Assembly (NCBI GenBank): GCA_028023455.1
Contig: JAQFVV010000004.1
Location: forward strand, 11,780,001-11,844,000
Reading direction: 5' to 3'
DNA length: 64,000 nucleotides
DNA from: Epiperipatus broadwayi
Lineage: Eukaryota; Animalia; Onychophora
Under the pieces are notes generated by a model. It was given only the letters and a program-made list of their open reading frames with translations, was not told the origin of the DNA and did not search any database. The position numbers and the translations under genes are program-made. This document shows, one piece after another, positions 42,881 through 55,790 of this stretch (the stretch's first letter is position 1; each line of letters opens with the position of its first letter).

Positions 42881-45800
42881 AATTGAAAAAGGAGAACAGT
42901 AATATTACACAGAATGTTTATTACATTCTAATCTCTAGGCTATTATTAACAGTTTATTGTATTTGGAAAATTAAAATAAAGTTTAACCTTTTCTAAAAAC
43001 ATATAATATTAAACGAGAAAAATTCAAAACATATAATTACATTTGTTAATTTATTATATATTATAGAGTCATTCTTCTGTTTCAATTTGTATTACAATGT
43101 GGATTTTAATTATGTCTGCCTATTAGGAAATAGGAATATTGAAAAAATTAAAAATATTTATATGTATAATCATCTCTTTCAATCTCTAAAATCAAATTGG
43201 TTGTAATTAAGATATGTAAACAGAAATATCTGTCATTTTTATATAGATGTTCAAATATTTCAGATCTCTAAATCACGTGACAACTGAGAACTTTTTATAA
43301 AATACATGTATAGATGAGAGAGATTGATTTGAAGGATTTTACATTGAATGATACTGTTAAATTCCATATTCCCTTGGATGAGTGTATCACAAGTCTGAAA
43401 GATTCACTGAATATATTTGTCAATTTATTACTTATATTATAGCACACAAAGTAGTGTATATAACTACTATATCAACGATGAAATATATATAATAAAAAAG
43501 AAAATCTATTTTTTACAATCAATTTTACAATCAGTTTTGGAACAATACATTTACACTTTTTAAATGTTCTAAAGTCTAAGTTCTAAAAATATGTATTTGC
43601 TTTTTCACGTAATTGAGGATTTACAGACAATTTTTGGATTTTTTAATTCTGGTAGTTATATTAATTCTGATCAATGAATAGGTACAAACTATTTTTAATT
43701 ACACAATAAAACAATATAACAGTTGTGGTTAACAAAAAGATATTAGCTTAAAGAAAACGGTATTTTTTTTCCAAAAATTCTGCTTTCAATGGCTATCTAA
43801 ACCGTTTTTCTTATAATATATATAATATTTAATAACACATAGATATATAAATATCAAGTAAATGAGTAGTTAATCGCCACATGAATCAAGTAGTTAAATC
43901 TTTTTTTTTTTCTAAGTGGTCTGCTTGGCATTCTTTTAAATGACACAGAAATCTACTTTTTAATAAAACATTCGCAATAAAACATTTCTTTTTCTTAAGA
44001 GTAAAACGAACAAACATAAATATTTCTATTATAATTCTAATGCAAAATTGTTCAATATATTGCAATTTTTAATGGTTAGTGCCAAGTGATTTATATATTA
44101 CTTTGTACTACAGAATAAAGTCTTTTTTTTTAAAGGAAAAAAAACCTAGAAACATGACAAATTATATATACAGTATATGAATCTTTAATAAAAATTAATT
44201 TACTTCTGACAAGTTCATATAAAAGCTTTTATATATATAAAAGTTATCTATATTATTTTAAAATTTTCGATTTCTAATAGCAAAAATAATTCAAGTTTGT
44301 ATGTTCGACTGCTATGCCCACAACTTATGGTTCGAATTTAAATCAAGTAAAACATTTTTCAGGTTATATAACGTCAGAATTTTCTGTCAGATAATCAATC
44401 TATTTAGCTATTCAATTATTGATCGATAAATTAATATAACTATTTTATAAAGAACATAAACAATAATTTTAAAAAACTGTTGAAGAATTCATTACTTAGC
44501 AATTGGAAAGTCTAAAGAGAAATATTTCCCCCATTCTTCTTTTGAGTGCGGGAGGAGGAAGAGGTAGGCACAATGACTGCCAGCATAAAGAAAATAAAGT
44601 TTTTTCTATTATTTTATATATATGTGTGTGTAATGATAGCATTATATGAACTAATATATAGAAAAAATGTGCAACAATAAAATTATACAATTGAACTAGG
44701 TGTGAGTAAGGGCATGGAAATAGAAGTAGAATTGCACATTAAAAGTTACTGTTAATTTTGAACAGTAATCCAAGGCACACAACCATATAGTAGTGTATGT
44801 GCATACATACATATATATAAAGTTGAAAGGAAAAATAGAAATAAACACAAACAAAAGTTTTTTGTAGATATTTTCTATATTATACTGGAATAGCAGTTAA
44901 GGATTAAGTAATTATGAATTTTAAAAAAAATATTATAAATTAAACATTTTAAAAAGGTCTAATTAATATTTTATTGATTCTGATTTGAAATTAAAACAAG
45001 CATGCTTTTGTTTTAAAATATATATACTTGTAATTATAAGATTCCACTATCTATTTTGATTAGAAATTTTTTAAATTAATGCTTGTATTATATATTTTGA
45101 TAAAATTTCACAAAATTGTTTTTCAAAGTATCATAGTGAATTGAAAAGAATCATTTTTTTTTTTTTCAATAAAGATAGGAAAACCTTGTTTTTAATTATT
45201 GTGGGGGTTTTTTCCACCCTGACTATAAAAAGGTTAAAAAAAAGATTAGAAGTGTTTAGAGTTTTCGGGTTATAGAAATCTACCATGAAGTTATAACTGA
45301 TGGCAAGACAGTGCAAGTCCAGCTGCTTCCACTACTTCACTATGGTAGAGTTTGGATTCACATGGAAATAAAGGGCTTGCTTTTCTGTGTTCTCCATAGC
45401 TCATTGTGAAAAAAATGGCTGGCTTGCCTGAAGTCTATCAAATGATAAAGACTAAATGGAGCAGTGTGAATGCCAATAGTTGATCCATGTCCTAATCTAT
45501 TATATTGTTATCATCATTCATTCAGTATTTATCATTAATTTCATTTACAAGTCAAACTTTATACACTCACAAATACTGACACCAATCATTTTAGATAAAT
45601 ACATTAATGAATATTACTATACTAAACATTTATTAAACTAATCCAGATATAAACTTTAAATCTCAATTAAAGATGAGTATATCTGTTTTAACTATATATA
45701 AACACATGAAATAACTCAATTTATCTTGAATATATTCAAAACCAGAGTACACTAAATTATACAAAGTTTGCCTAAAAGATATTCAACTTTTTCCTATCAT

Positions 45801-46269
45801 TATCATGCTTACAACATATTAACTATAACAACAATAGGGTAAATTGTCTTGTAAAGTTTCAGTTATCATTATCCTACGATTGGATTATTAACAAATTAAT
45901 GGTGTTACTTGAACTAGCAGTATATCATGTCTCTTTAATCTTGCATTTAAGATAATCTTTATTTTTACAAATGAATTATAAAATCAAACATATGCCCTGT
46001 TTTTCTTTTATGGTTAAAAAATAGCTCATGAATTGAATCTATTTTTATTTCATTGTATTGGTGAATATGTTATTTAATTATAGTTTTAAAATTAATTTTG
46101 GCATTCCTATAATATTTTTTTTCTATTCATTCCTATAATATATTGATTACAGATTTGACATCTAATAGCATACCGGTGTGCATATAGATATTAATTTATT
46201 ACATGTACATTTAAAATAAAAACTATGCTATGTAACATTTAAATTGCACAATTAACTTAGTATAGATAT

Positions 46270-46500
46270 ACTTAAATGTGATGTGGATGGCTCATGAATT
46301 GGAAAATGGAGAGGATTGAGCCTGTCCATTAAAGTGTGTAGATTTGCTATCTTGATATGGACTGAGCACTGATTATATATGTGTGTGTGGGAAGTAATGA
46401 CTCAAACCAACTGATGAGTGTTGGTTCTGCATGAAAAACGTATATTGGAAATCATTTATCTTTTGCATATATATGTGATCATGCATATTGATTATATTAA
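46270..46500 (+). mobile_element. Family C repeat with degenerate HHR (46407-46448)
   Basis: ccaa-CTGATGA-gtgttg-gtt-ctgcat-GAAA. Flanks are homologous to 54540-54770. Confidence 0.75.
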
Positions 46501-47524
46501 CTAAAGTGTATGACTGAAGAGAATTTGAAAGCCTGTGTTTAAATCCCCTTTAATTAAATTAATATATTACACAATTTATATTGTTTTAGAGAAAATGTAT
46601 ATCTTAAAATTTAATAATATAGATAAATTAATCCATAAAAAATTAATTAAATCAGGTAAGGTGAAGACTAGAATTCATTTGCAGGCACGTGTACATACAT
46701 GTTATGTTTAATTTATCAACATTACACCTCATGAATTTTTTGTATGGTGAAGCAATTTGTATGCACATTAAAACATTATTTTAAATTGTGAATATGACAT
46801 ATTAAAGTATATATATATAGAATAATTAATGGCTACAAATTATAAATATCTCTCTAAATCAGAGTTCAAGATTTTTTCTTTGTTACTAGCACATTTTTTG
46901 TTCTGCTGCATATTAATTCATAGCTAATCATTGTTAGTACAAATGTGTTTTTCTTATCATTTAGCCATCATTAAACTATCTTACGGAACAGTGAATATCA
47001 TACTGCAAGGAATCTATATAGTTAACAATTATTAGTAGCTATTATATCTTAACTATTTATCATTACTATGATACCATTCTCACAGAATGATAATTAATTT
47101 ATTACAAAAATGTAATACAATTGGTACTAAAGCTTGAATTTAGTTGCAATCAAATGTGCTTACTTACAGTGTCTAAACTATCAATGGGATATCACTTAAA
47201 TTTCATATAAAGTGGGTGATTAATTTCTATCCACATTTTATGGACATACATCGTTTAATATACATGCAGATGATTTATGGCATAAAATCCATTTCCAAAT
47301 GTTACATATATTCTTAAAAAAGCAAATAGAATTTTCCTTCTTTTCTTCTTGACAATAGACTTATGTATGTATTTGTAATTCACAAGATATTCTCTAACAT
47401 TTTTTATTTTTTTGCATAATATCAATATCCTTGTATTCTAACAGTATTTCAAAATGTTAATTTTTAAATGACTTTCCAATAGAAGTAATAGTATATTTTT
47501 AAATTATTCCCACCAGTTTTAATC

Positions 47525-47597
47525 ATTTCAACTTTTATAATATGTCTTTAGACTTTTCATTATTTCAACTTTTATAATATGTCTTTAGACTTTTCAA
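47525..47597. repeat. 37-bp tandem duplication
   Basis: atttcaacttttataatatgtctttagacttttca occurs twice. Confidence 0.9.
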
Positions 47598-47864
47598 TTT
47601 TTATATCTGAAACAGTATATTTAACATCTTAAACTCAGAGGTAAAAAGCCAATAAACTCACCATGCTGGCTAATGTGTGTTGATGAACACCCCATCCATG
47701 TTCATATACTATATGAATAATCACATAGTAATAACAGCTACAACAACAAGAACATATGGAGTAGACATTAGGACTTTGCCCTGCTCGGTTCCTTTCAGGC
47801 CTCCAAGAGGAATCAAAGGACCTCCTTTCAGTTAATAGCAAACTTCTTTCTGCAGCTCATTGAA

Positions 47865-48125
47865 AAAATTAAAAGACTGAAGTGGAGTTGGGCTGAACAT
47901 ATTGCTAGAAGAGATGATAATGGATGGATAATTGAAATCTTAAACTGGATTCCAAGAGATTATAAAAGACCCAGAAAGACACCACATGTAAAATGGATGG
48001 ATGAAATAAGAAAGTGTTCAGGGCTAATGTGAAGAACAGATGCTATAGATCAGAGAAGATGGATTGAACTTGGAGAGACCTTCATCCTGCAGTGGATTGA
48101 TAATGGTTGATGATGATGATATTTA
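47865..48125 (+). mobile_element. RTE LINE 3' end (5'-truncated) with (GAT)n tail
   Basis: KIKRLKWSWAEHIARRDDNGW...WIPRDYKRPR...WMDEIRKCSG...W..LGETFILQW, then ttgatgatgatgat. Same family as 37985. Confidence 0.9.
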
Positions 48126-49110
48126 TCATCAGAGAAGTTGCACTTTTGGAATATCATAAACTGATATAAATCATCCATATTACTAACAAATGTAAAAGAT
48201 AATGTTAAATTTTTGTACCCAGAAGAGAATTTTTAAATTATATGTTTGTAAGAAAGTGTTTTGATATATTTAAGTATATATGTCTAAATCTTTACATGTT
48301 TATTTAATTTTAAATACTATTTATACTTTAATCTTCAAGTCAAACTCTCAAAAACTTTACAATATATTTAACATAACTACATTTAATGATAAGAAAATGT
48401 AAATCATAAGCCAAAATCCTAAATACCTATGCCTTGAATCAGTGTTCTACTAATAATGAAAGTTGCATCATATGCTTTTGGTTATAATTATAAAACTGGC
48501 TTTTATCTAATCTTTTTAGATTATCTTGCAATCCTTATTCTCTACATAAAAGTATTTTAATATCCATTTATTAAAACACATTGAACAGCTAGATGAGTTG
48601 ACTTTTGTTTGGTTATTTTTAAAAAATCAAACTTCTTATACTGAAACTTCAGCTGAAAAGATGGTTGCATGACTGCTTTAGCAATCTTACATGGTTCTCT
48701 AACATATGTTGAGACATGCAAAACATAACAGGCATTGTTACTTGCGAAATATGTCTTATAAGTTTAAAGTTGTATAAATAAATAGGCACATATAATATTA
48801 TATACATATCTCAAAAATATGCTCTGATATTGTTTCTTTGATACACTTTTAAAGTTGTACATGTCTGCAACATATGAAAGGCTTCATATACTATTAAAAT
48901 CATTCCATTTAAATCACCACAACTTTATATCAGTAACAAACACAGTTAAAAAAATTTAGAAAGCATTTTCTTTTGGTGTGCCTGCTATAATTTATTTCAT
49001 AATTAATTTTTTGTTAATTTGCTTTTAAATTGTAAGATCAAACTTATTATGTACAACATTTCTTGGAAAGTTTTTATCAGTATTTCTGAATTTTTTGATA
49101 ATCTACATTT

Positions 49111-49421
49111 AAGCCAATAAACATCACATGATCACCACTTCTTATGCTTGCTTATAACTGTTATTAAAACAGGCATTCCATTTAAGACTCATAGTTTTGT
49201 AGTTAAGTGGAGATAAAAGGTGGTTTCTGGAGGGTTGCATTAGATCCTAAGATCTAGGTGTGGTGCTTTCAGATCCAAGGCTCCTCACTGATGAAGGCCA
49301 CAAGCCAAAAACTAGTCTGGGGATATTGGATTGGGGATTTTATGCACAAGCCTTCTGGCAGCTATTGATTACTCTAGCTTGCTGTGTGTGGCAATATGTA
49401 TAGTGAGTTTTGCCTGTTTTA
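49111..49421 (+). mobile_element. Family A2 copy with 13-bp TSD; HHR at 49282-49323 has G12>A
   Basis: TSD ataatctacattt at 49098-49110 and 49422-49434. Motif reads CTGATGA-a-ggc-cacaa-gcc-a-AAAA-ctag-TC. Confidence 0.9.
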
Positions 49422-50483
49422 ATAATCTACATTTGCTAAGAGTGAAAGTCTAGGTTCAATATATTCTTATATAATACATGTAGTACAGGATTTCATATAT
49501 TTAAAACTTTCAAGCTCTTATTCAAATCAGCTTTGTACTAAAATAAATTCTTTATTCTGCACTATAATCTTCAATACAGATTCAGATAACTGAAATAATT
49601 GACTTATTTAGAAATATCTGTTTGTCTTTCTTTTCTTAATTTCTTTTAATTCCTGGAACTTTTCATAATACTAAAAGAAGTACCTTTATTAAATCAAGAT
49701 ACATTGATAGATTTTACTAAAAATCAAGCTATCTGTTTTTGTTAAAGTAACGACAACATCCATAATGATTCTAAAATTATTAATTGACACTCCTAAATTG
49801 AAATGGATGCAAAGGGTACCACTTGAAGTCTAAAAGTAGGTAAATGGTTTATATTAATGTTGCACTCATTCTGCTGAAACTTAATTAATTCCCTGTTTGG
49901 AACTAATATTTAAGTGTATAACAAATCTTATGACTTTGTTCTTGTATAGTAAAAATGTTTTGGAAAAGCCTTAAATTAATTTATACTCTTATACTTTCTT
50001 CCATAGCGTAAGCTTGTGGTTAAACACCTGTAGAGGTCCCTACTATCGCATTTTACACGCATATGCTCGAGGTTACAGCCTCAGTAAATATTACTTATAC
50101 TCTTATATTAAATAATAGGGTTTCTATATCAAGTATATATTTAATTATATTGATGTAATTGGATTACTATGAGTAATCCTTACTTTTTCAACTTGTTAAA
50201 TGTTGTAAAAAAATATTGTTCATTATGATGCATATATTAATATTTAAATCTGAATTTCTACCTAAACTGTTATTAAATTGCTCAATTTATATTCTAAGCT
50301 GATAGGCATCCAAGCAAAAAGTAGATGATTTTTTGATCACTCATAAAAAAATCAATTATTAATACTAATTATTTACTAGGCTAAAGATTATCAAATGATG
50401 CCTAATCTATATTTGAATTTTAAATCAAGTTAAAGATTAATATATCTGCTTTTTCATTAAGTGTAAATACATGAAATAATTAA

Positions 50484-50590
50484 CCCCCCCCCCATATGTC
50501 ATAGCATCGGCCGGGACGCGAACCCACAACCGTCTGCCCAACTACTTGCTTGCAAGGCAGATGCGATGACCTCTCGGCTAACAACGCCTA
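50484..50590 (-). mobile_element. tRNA-derived SINE (S2) with 15-bp TSD and oligo(G) tail
   Basis: TSD acatgaaataattaa at 50469-50483 and 50591-50605. A C10 run on the plus strand sits where sister copies have poly(T). Confidence 0.9.
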
Positions 50591-50804
50591 ACATGAAATA
50601 ATTAATTGAACTTCATTTTAATAACAAAAGAAGATACATATTTAATAAATGAAAAGTAAACAACTAAATTTAATTTATGCAAGGTAAAATCTAAGCAATG
50701 TTTTTACTTTAATTATCATTTCTAAAAAAAGTTGATGATTACCTTTATCGAAAAGACATATATTTCTCTTTATAACCAAATATTTCTTAAATCCTCTACA
50801 GCTT

Positions 50805-50898
50805 AATTTTTTTTTTCATATGTCAAATGCGTTGACCGGGAAGCGAACCCGGGCCAGGTGCTTGGAATGCAGCTATGCTAACTACTAGCCACAAACGC
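50805..50898 (-). mobile_element. tRNA-Gly(TCC)-derived SINE (S1) with poly(A) tail
   Basis: gcgtttgtggctagtagttagcatagctgcattccaagcacctggcccgggttcgcttcccggtcaacgca plus tttgacatatg plus A-tail. Confidence 0.85.
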
Positions 50899-51844
50899 TT
50901 GACACTCTATAGTTTAACATCAGAAACTCAAGAAATATACAAAAGTGTGAAACATAAATTTGCAAACTGCACAATAAATAGATTTTAACCAAGAATGAGA
51001 TTAATGTTTAAACACACATTTCAAAATCTGCCAAAATATAAAGTATTTTTGACAACTGAGGATTTATCATATTTCAGTGTCTTAATTTATATACAAGTTT
51101 CATCTTTTAATTTATATATAATTTGTTGTAATATATATATACCAAATTTAGTAATAAAAATTGATCATATATGATTTAAAATTAAAACAAAAAAGTTTTT
51201 TCAAATGGATAATAAATATAACAAACAAAGTTTTAGTTCGTGTATGTGTACAAATAAAATATTTTTATTTTACTTTAACGATAAAATATTTGAAAGAGTA
51301 AGCAATATATAAATTGAGATTTATACTATCGATTTTTATTTTAAAATTTAATAAATCTCCATCAATATTGTGAATTTATGAAATATAATACACGAAGCAA
51401 CTTTGACGAGTTCCTAATTTTATTAACACGATATTTTCACAGATATCAAATTTTAGCGCTTTATTAAAACATGTACATTCTGATTTATTGCAGAATAGTT
51501 TCAAATTAAAATTGAAACTAACAAGATTATTCAAAGAGAAAATATTTTATTATATGTTATATAAAGATATTTTTGTTTTAATATTAAATTTTATTTGTAG
51601 ATTTAATTCTTAACATATTTGTATACAGACATGTAAGTATAAGGATGGGAAAGCTATCGTTAAAAAATCTGCCAATGTACACATAGTTGTTACTTATACC
51701 AAATTATTTAGGATCAGACTCTCGTTGAGATTGAATTAAAAGTAAATCAGATAAATCTCTACTGATTTAATTTTTACAAATAACTATACTATGAAAGAGA
51801 AAAAATGCCATTCTTTTTTCAAACAGGCCAGTATTGATAGTAAG

Positions 51845-52175
51845 TAACTCTCCATATAATAGTGCCACCAAGTGTAAGCCTTCATAATGAATGGAAGCAG
51901 GAAGGTTTGTGCATAAAATCCCTATCTAGTGCCTATTCATCCAACATCGCCAGATTAGTTTCTAGCTTGTGGCTTTCATCAGTGAGACACTTTGGATTTG
52001 AGAAACTAATCTGGGGATGTTGGATGAATAGGCACTAGATAAGAATTTTATACACAAACCTTCCCACATCCATTGATTATAAAGGCTTGCAGTTGGTGGC
52101 ACTGTTGTATGGAGAGTTTAGTACTCCTATTAACAGCATGTTTAAGCATATAAAATGGTAATCATATGATGTTTT
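51845..52175. mobile_element. Family A (A3) fold-back copy
   Basis: Antisense arm carries the HHR. Sense arm runs from gaaactaatctgggg to the tail atggtaatcatatgatg. Confidence 0.88.
51947..51987 (-). ncRNA. Hammerhead motif (family A), stem II agc/gct
   Basis: tctca-CTGATGA-a-agc-cacaa-gct-a-GAAA-ctaa-TC-tggcga. Confidence 0.55.
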
Positions 52176-53411
52176 GAAGGTTTCAGACCAGTATTATATT
52201 TAATAGTGCACAATATCTAGGAAAATTGGTAATTGGAAACACACTCAGAGCAAATATAAATTTTTAATACTGAAATCACCTCTAGCATAAAAATGTGATC
52301 AGTTCTCTCCAATTATATATTTATTTAAAGATAAATTATATATACTCTGGCACATTCTAAATGACTATGTCTAATTACTTGCAATAAAATTAAATGCAAA
52401 TATTGTTTATTACAAATCTATCATAGCAGTTTGAATATTTGCTAATCCATGTGAGATAGTAAATAATAAAAAAAACATCACTTTTTATCATGTTTGTTAA
52501 TATAACTGTGAATGAAAACTATGTAAATATATATATTTGTATATGCTATTTTACATATTAATTTGTATATGTTATTTTACATTCTAGAATAGTATATTAT
52601 ATTGAGATAGATCTTTCTCATCTGATTGATTTATTTAAGTTATTATTTACTTTAGACAGGTTAACTATTAACAAAATTCCATAAATAAACTTGTATAGAT
52701 TAACTAATATATAGATTCATAAATAAGTTTGTTCAACCTTTCACTTCTGTTACTGTAAGCATAGATTTGATGTCATTAACATTATGGTCGTATTTATTCT
52801 CAGAAACATAATCATCAATTGTTAAATTCATTTATAAAGCAGTTGAATACAATGCTCATGAATTTTCCTAAGTCTGTTGATAAAATTTCACAGACATCTA
52901 AGAAGACCAAATCCAAATGGCTATGTTGTATTATCTAAAAAAAAATGTTTGGAATCACTTTTAGGCCATAACTCTTTAGTTATAGATTCTTGATTGAGTA
53001 TCTAAAAAAGAGTTATTGATTTGGATCTTATATGAAAAACTATATCATGAATTAAACAACTTAACAGATTTTTGATATCTTTTCAGTGAAGTAACTTCTT
53101 TTCTAATATCTCATGGAGAATATATATGAAAGAACAAAGTTTTGTAAAGGAATAAACTTAAATGTAAAATTAATATTTTCTAGGCTAATATTCAATTTAA
53201 TAATCAAAAATTTAGTATAATTCACGAGTAGAATATGCTTGAACTAATAAAGCTGTCTGTAAAGTAGTTCCAGAAAAAACTTAAATACAAGTAAAAAAAA
53301 AAGGCTAGACTACAATGTTAAAACATAAAATAACATAGAGTAGTATTATATTTAAGTAGAATTGTGTTACAAAAGATATTTAGATTATGAAATGATTACT
53401 TATTGCTATGA

Positions 53412-53810
53412 GGTAAAACTCTCCAAACAGTAGTGTGACTCAGTGCAAGCCAGAGTAATCAATGGATGCCAGAAGGCATGTGCATAAAATCCCTATCTAG
53501 TGCTTATTAACCCAATATCCCCAGAGTATTTTCTGGCTTGGGTCCTTCCTCAATGAGGAGCCTTGGATCTGAGAACACTACACCTAGATCTTCAGTGCTC
53601 TCAGATTCAAGTCTTCTCACTGATGAAGGCCACAAGCCAGAAATTAGTCTGGGGATATTGGGTTAGTAGGCCCTAGATAGGGATTTTATGAAAAGCCTGC
53701 TGGAATTCTCTGATTATTCTGGATTGCACTGAGTGGAAATACTGTATGGAAAATTTTGCCTGCTTTAATAACAGTTATGATCAAGCATAAGAAATGGTGA
53801 TCATGTGATA
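53412..53810. mobile_element. Family A fold-back copy with HHR motif on both arms
   Basis: Antisense arm (degenerate HHR ~53517-53560). Sense arm with HHR at 53614-53655 (ttctca-CTGATGA-a-ggc-cacaa-gcc-a-GAAA-ttag-TC-tgggga) and tail. Confidence 0.9.
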
Positions 53811-54539
53811 TTGCTAAGAGGAAAATTTGAGCATAGTGTGATCGTAAATTAGAAATAAGATGCCAATCTTTGAAAGAAATTTCCAAACATTTCAAATCTC
53901 CATTAAGAGTTTTATCTTTTTTTAAGAAATAATCTCTTTGGTAAAATGTCAATAATGTCACCAATACAACGTCTCTATTTATTATATTAAATAAAAGAGA
54001 TGAGCAAATTGAAGCCTGCGTTAATGCAAAAATTTGTGATTAATATAATTGCCATGTAGGATTATTTGAATTTTTCTGTTGATGAGTATTTCATTAAATA
54101 AATTAATAGTTTCTGACAGTGAAGAATTTTAAAGATTTTTCTAAAAGTAAAATAATTTTTTCAAACATCACAAATTGAAGTTAGACCAATAAAAGTAGCA
54201 CTAGTTTTTAATTTATTTTGAAAAGCCATTTCAATGTGAACTTTCAAATTATCAAGAAATTTTCTCAAGATTTAGGCATATCCTTCAATTTAAAGAAATA
54301 ACAAAATTTATTTTATAATCAGACTCGCATCAGTAGATAAATTCAATTTAAAAGTTCTTAAGTGATTTAATCTAAATGATATAGAATTACAATTAATTGA
54401 CTTTCCATCCAATTGTATTTGGAAATTGTTGATTTGGGAAATGATTTGGAAATGATGAAAAGTCATTAATTATTGGATATAATAAAAAAATATAGGGGTT
54501 TGAAGTCAGACTTCCACATGACCCTCAATTATTCATGTT

Positions 54540-54770
54540 ATCTTATACTTCTGACACACTTGATCATGCACATGTTGAAAAGATAAATAATCATCAATAT
54601 TCATATTTTATGCTAAACCAGCACTCATCAGTTGGTCCAGATTATCATCCCTACACATATATACAATCAATGCTCAGCTTATATTAAGATAGCCAATCTT
54701 CATAATTTAATGGACAGGTTTCAATCCACTCCATCCCACAACTCATCATATGAAAGTCTGAATTCAAATC
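54540..54770 (-). mobile_element. Family C repeat with degenerate HHR (~54601-54635)
   Basis: Minus strand ccaa-CTGATGA-gtgctg-gtt-tagcat-AAAA. Homologous to 46270-46500. Confidence 0.75.
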
Positions 54771-55599
54771 CCCTATATATTACATATTGAAGTGCAGGTA
54801 TGACAAAACCAGTACTGTAGAAAAAAATTTTATATCTTAAAAAAATACTGAAAAGGAAATATTAAAACATTGGAATGTCATTCCCTGAATCTTTAGTTGT
54901 TAAAAAACATTATCAAATGCTATATTAACATTTTTTTCTTTACTTAAGCATGTGAATTATTATTTTCAGAAAATAATCTTATAAAAGACAGATTCTGAGA
55001 TAAAATGACTGAATTTAATTTGGCATATGTAGTATTAAAAATGACAAAATATGATTTAAAATAAAGCATATGGCATCAAATGTACAGCAGCAAACATCTT
55101 ATTCAAAAATATATGTTTATCATATTTCATCTTTGTAAAATTCCAAGCTAATTTTAAAATTATTTCAATAAAATTCTATAATAATTCATTTTCTATCAAT
55201 TTTTTCCCTGTTAAAAACTCCTTGGCAGATCAGTAATTTGACGAATATTATTTGTAAATTTTTAGCATGCCTACTTAAAAAAATTCATCACTACTGCCCT
55301 AGGATCTTAAACAACATAAATGTTCACATTAAATATTATATACTTATTCATAAAACAATTTGAATACTGTGTAGTATATAAAATTATTATCTTTACAAAT
55401 ATTTTATTCACTTTCAACTCACTATATTTGACATGTAAAAACCTTTGGTTAATTTCAATTATTTTATTTAGATATTTATTTCTTAACTATTTGCAACAAA
55501 GATCTCCACTGGACTTTTTGCACTTTTCGAATAAATCCATCAATGAATGAGATAATCTCTAGTTTCGAAAATGATTAGTAATAATCATTAATGTATTTA

Positions 55600-55790
55600 T
55601 CTGAAATGGATGGCGTCAAAGTTGTGAGCGGAGGGAGTTTGAAATAATAAATGAATATGTAACAATTTACTCTAGATAAATACTTTGCATACAATAGAGA
55701 TATATATGAGAGATAGTGATCTGGGCCAACTGATGAGTGCTGGTTCAGCACGAAATGCATCTTGGGGGGTAATTTGTCTTTTATTGTATT
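55600..55790 (+). mobile_element. Family C-related repeat carrying an intact HHR
   Basis: Weak upstream similarity (ggatggc...ggagggagtttg...atatatatg...atctgggccaa) to the other C copies. Confidence 0.55.
55726..55765 (+). ncRNA. Minimal type I hammerhead ribozyme, fully canonical core
   Basis: ccaa-CTGATGA-gtgctg-gtt-cagcac-GAAA-tgca-TC-ttgg: 4-bp stem I, perfect 6-bp stem II with G10.1-C11.1, palindromic ATGCAT stem III, AUC cleavage triplet (after 55761). Confidence 0.85.

Noticed and set aside
45290-45490. GC-richer segment with partial open frames on both strands (GHGSTIGIHTAPFSLYHLIDF...)
   Set aside because: No single frame stays open between plausible splice sites and no family was recognised, so it is left unannotated.
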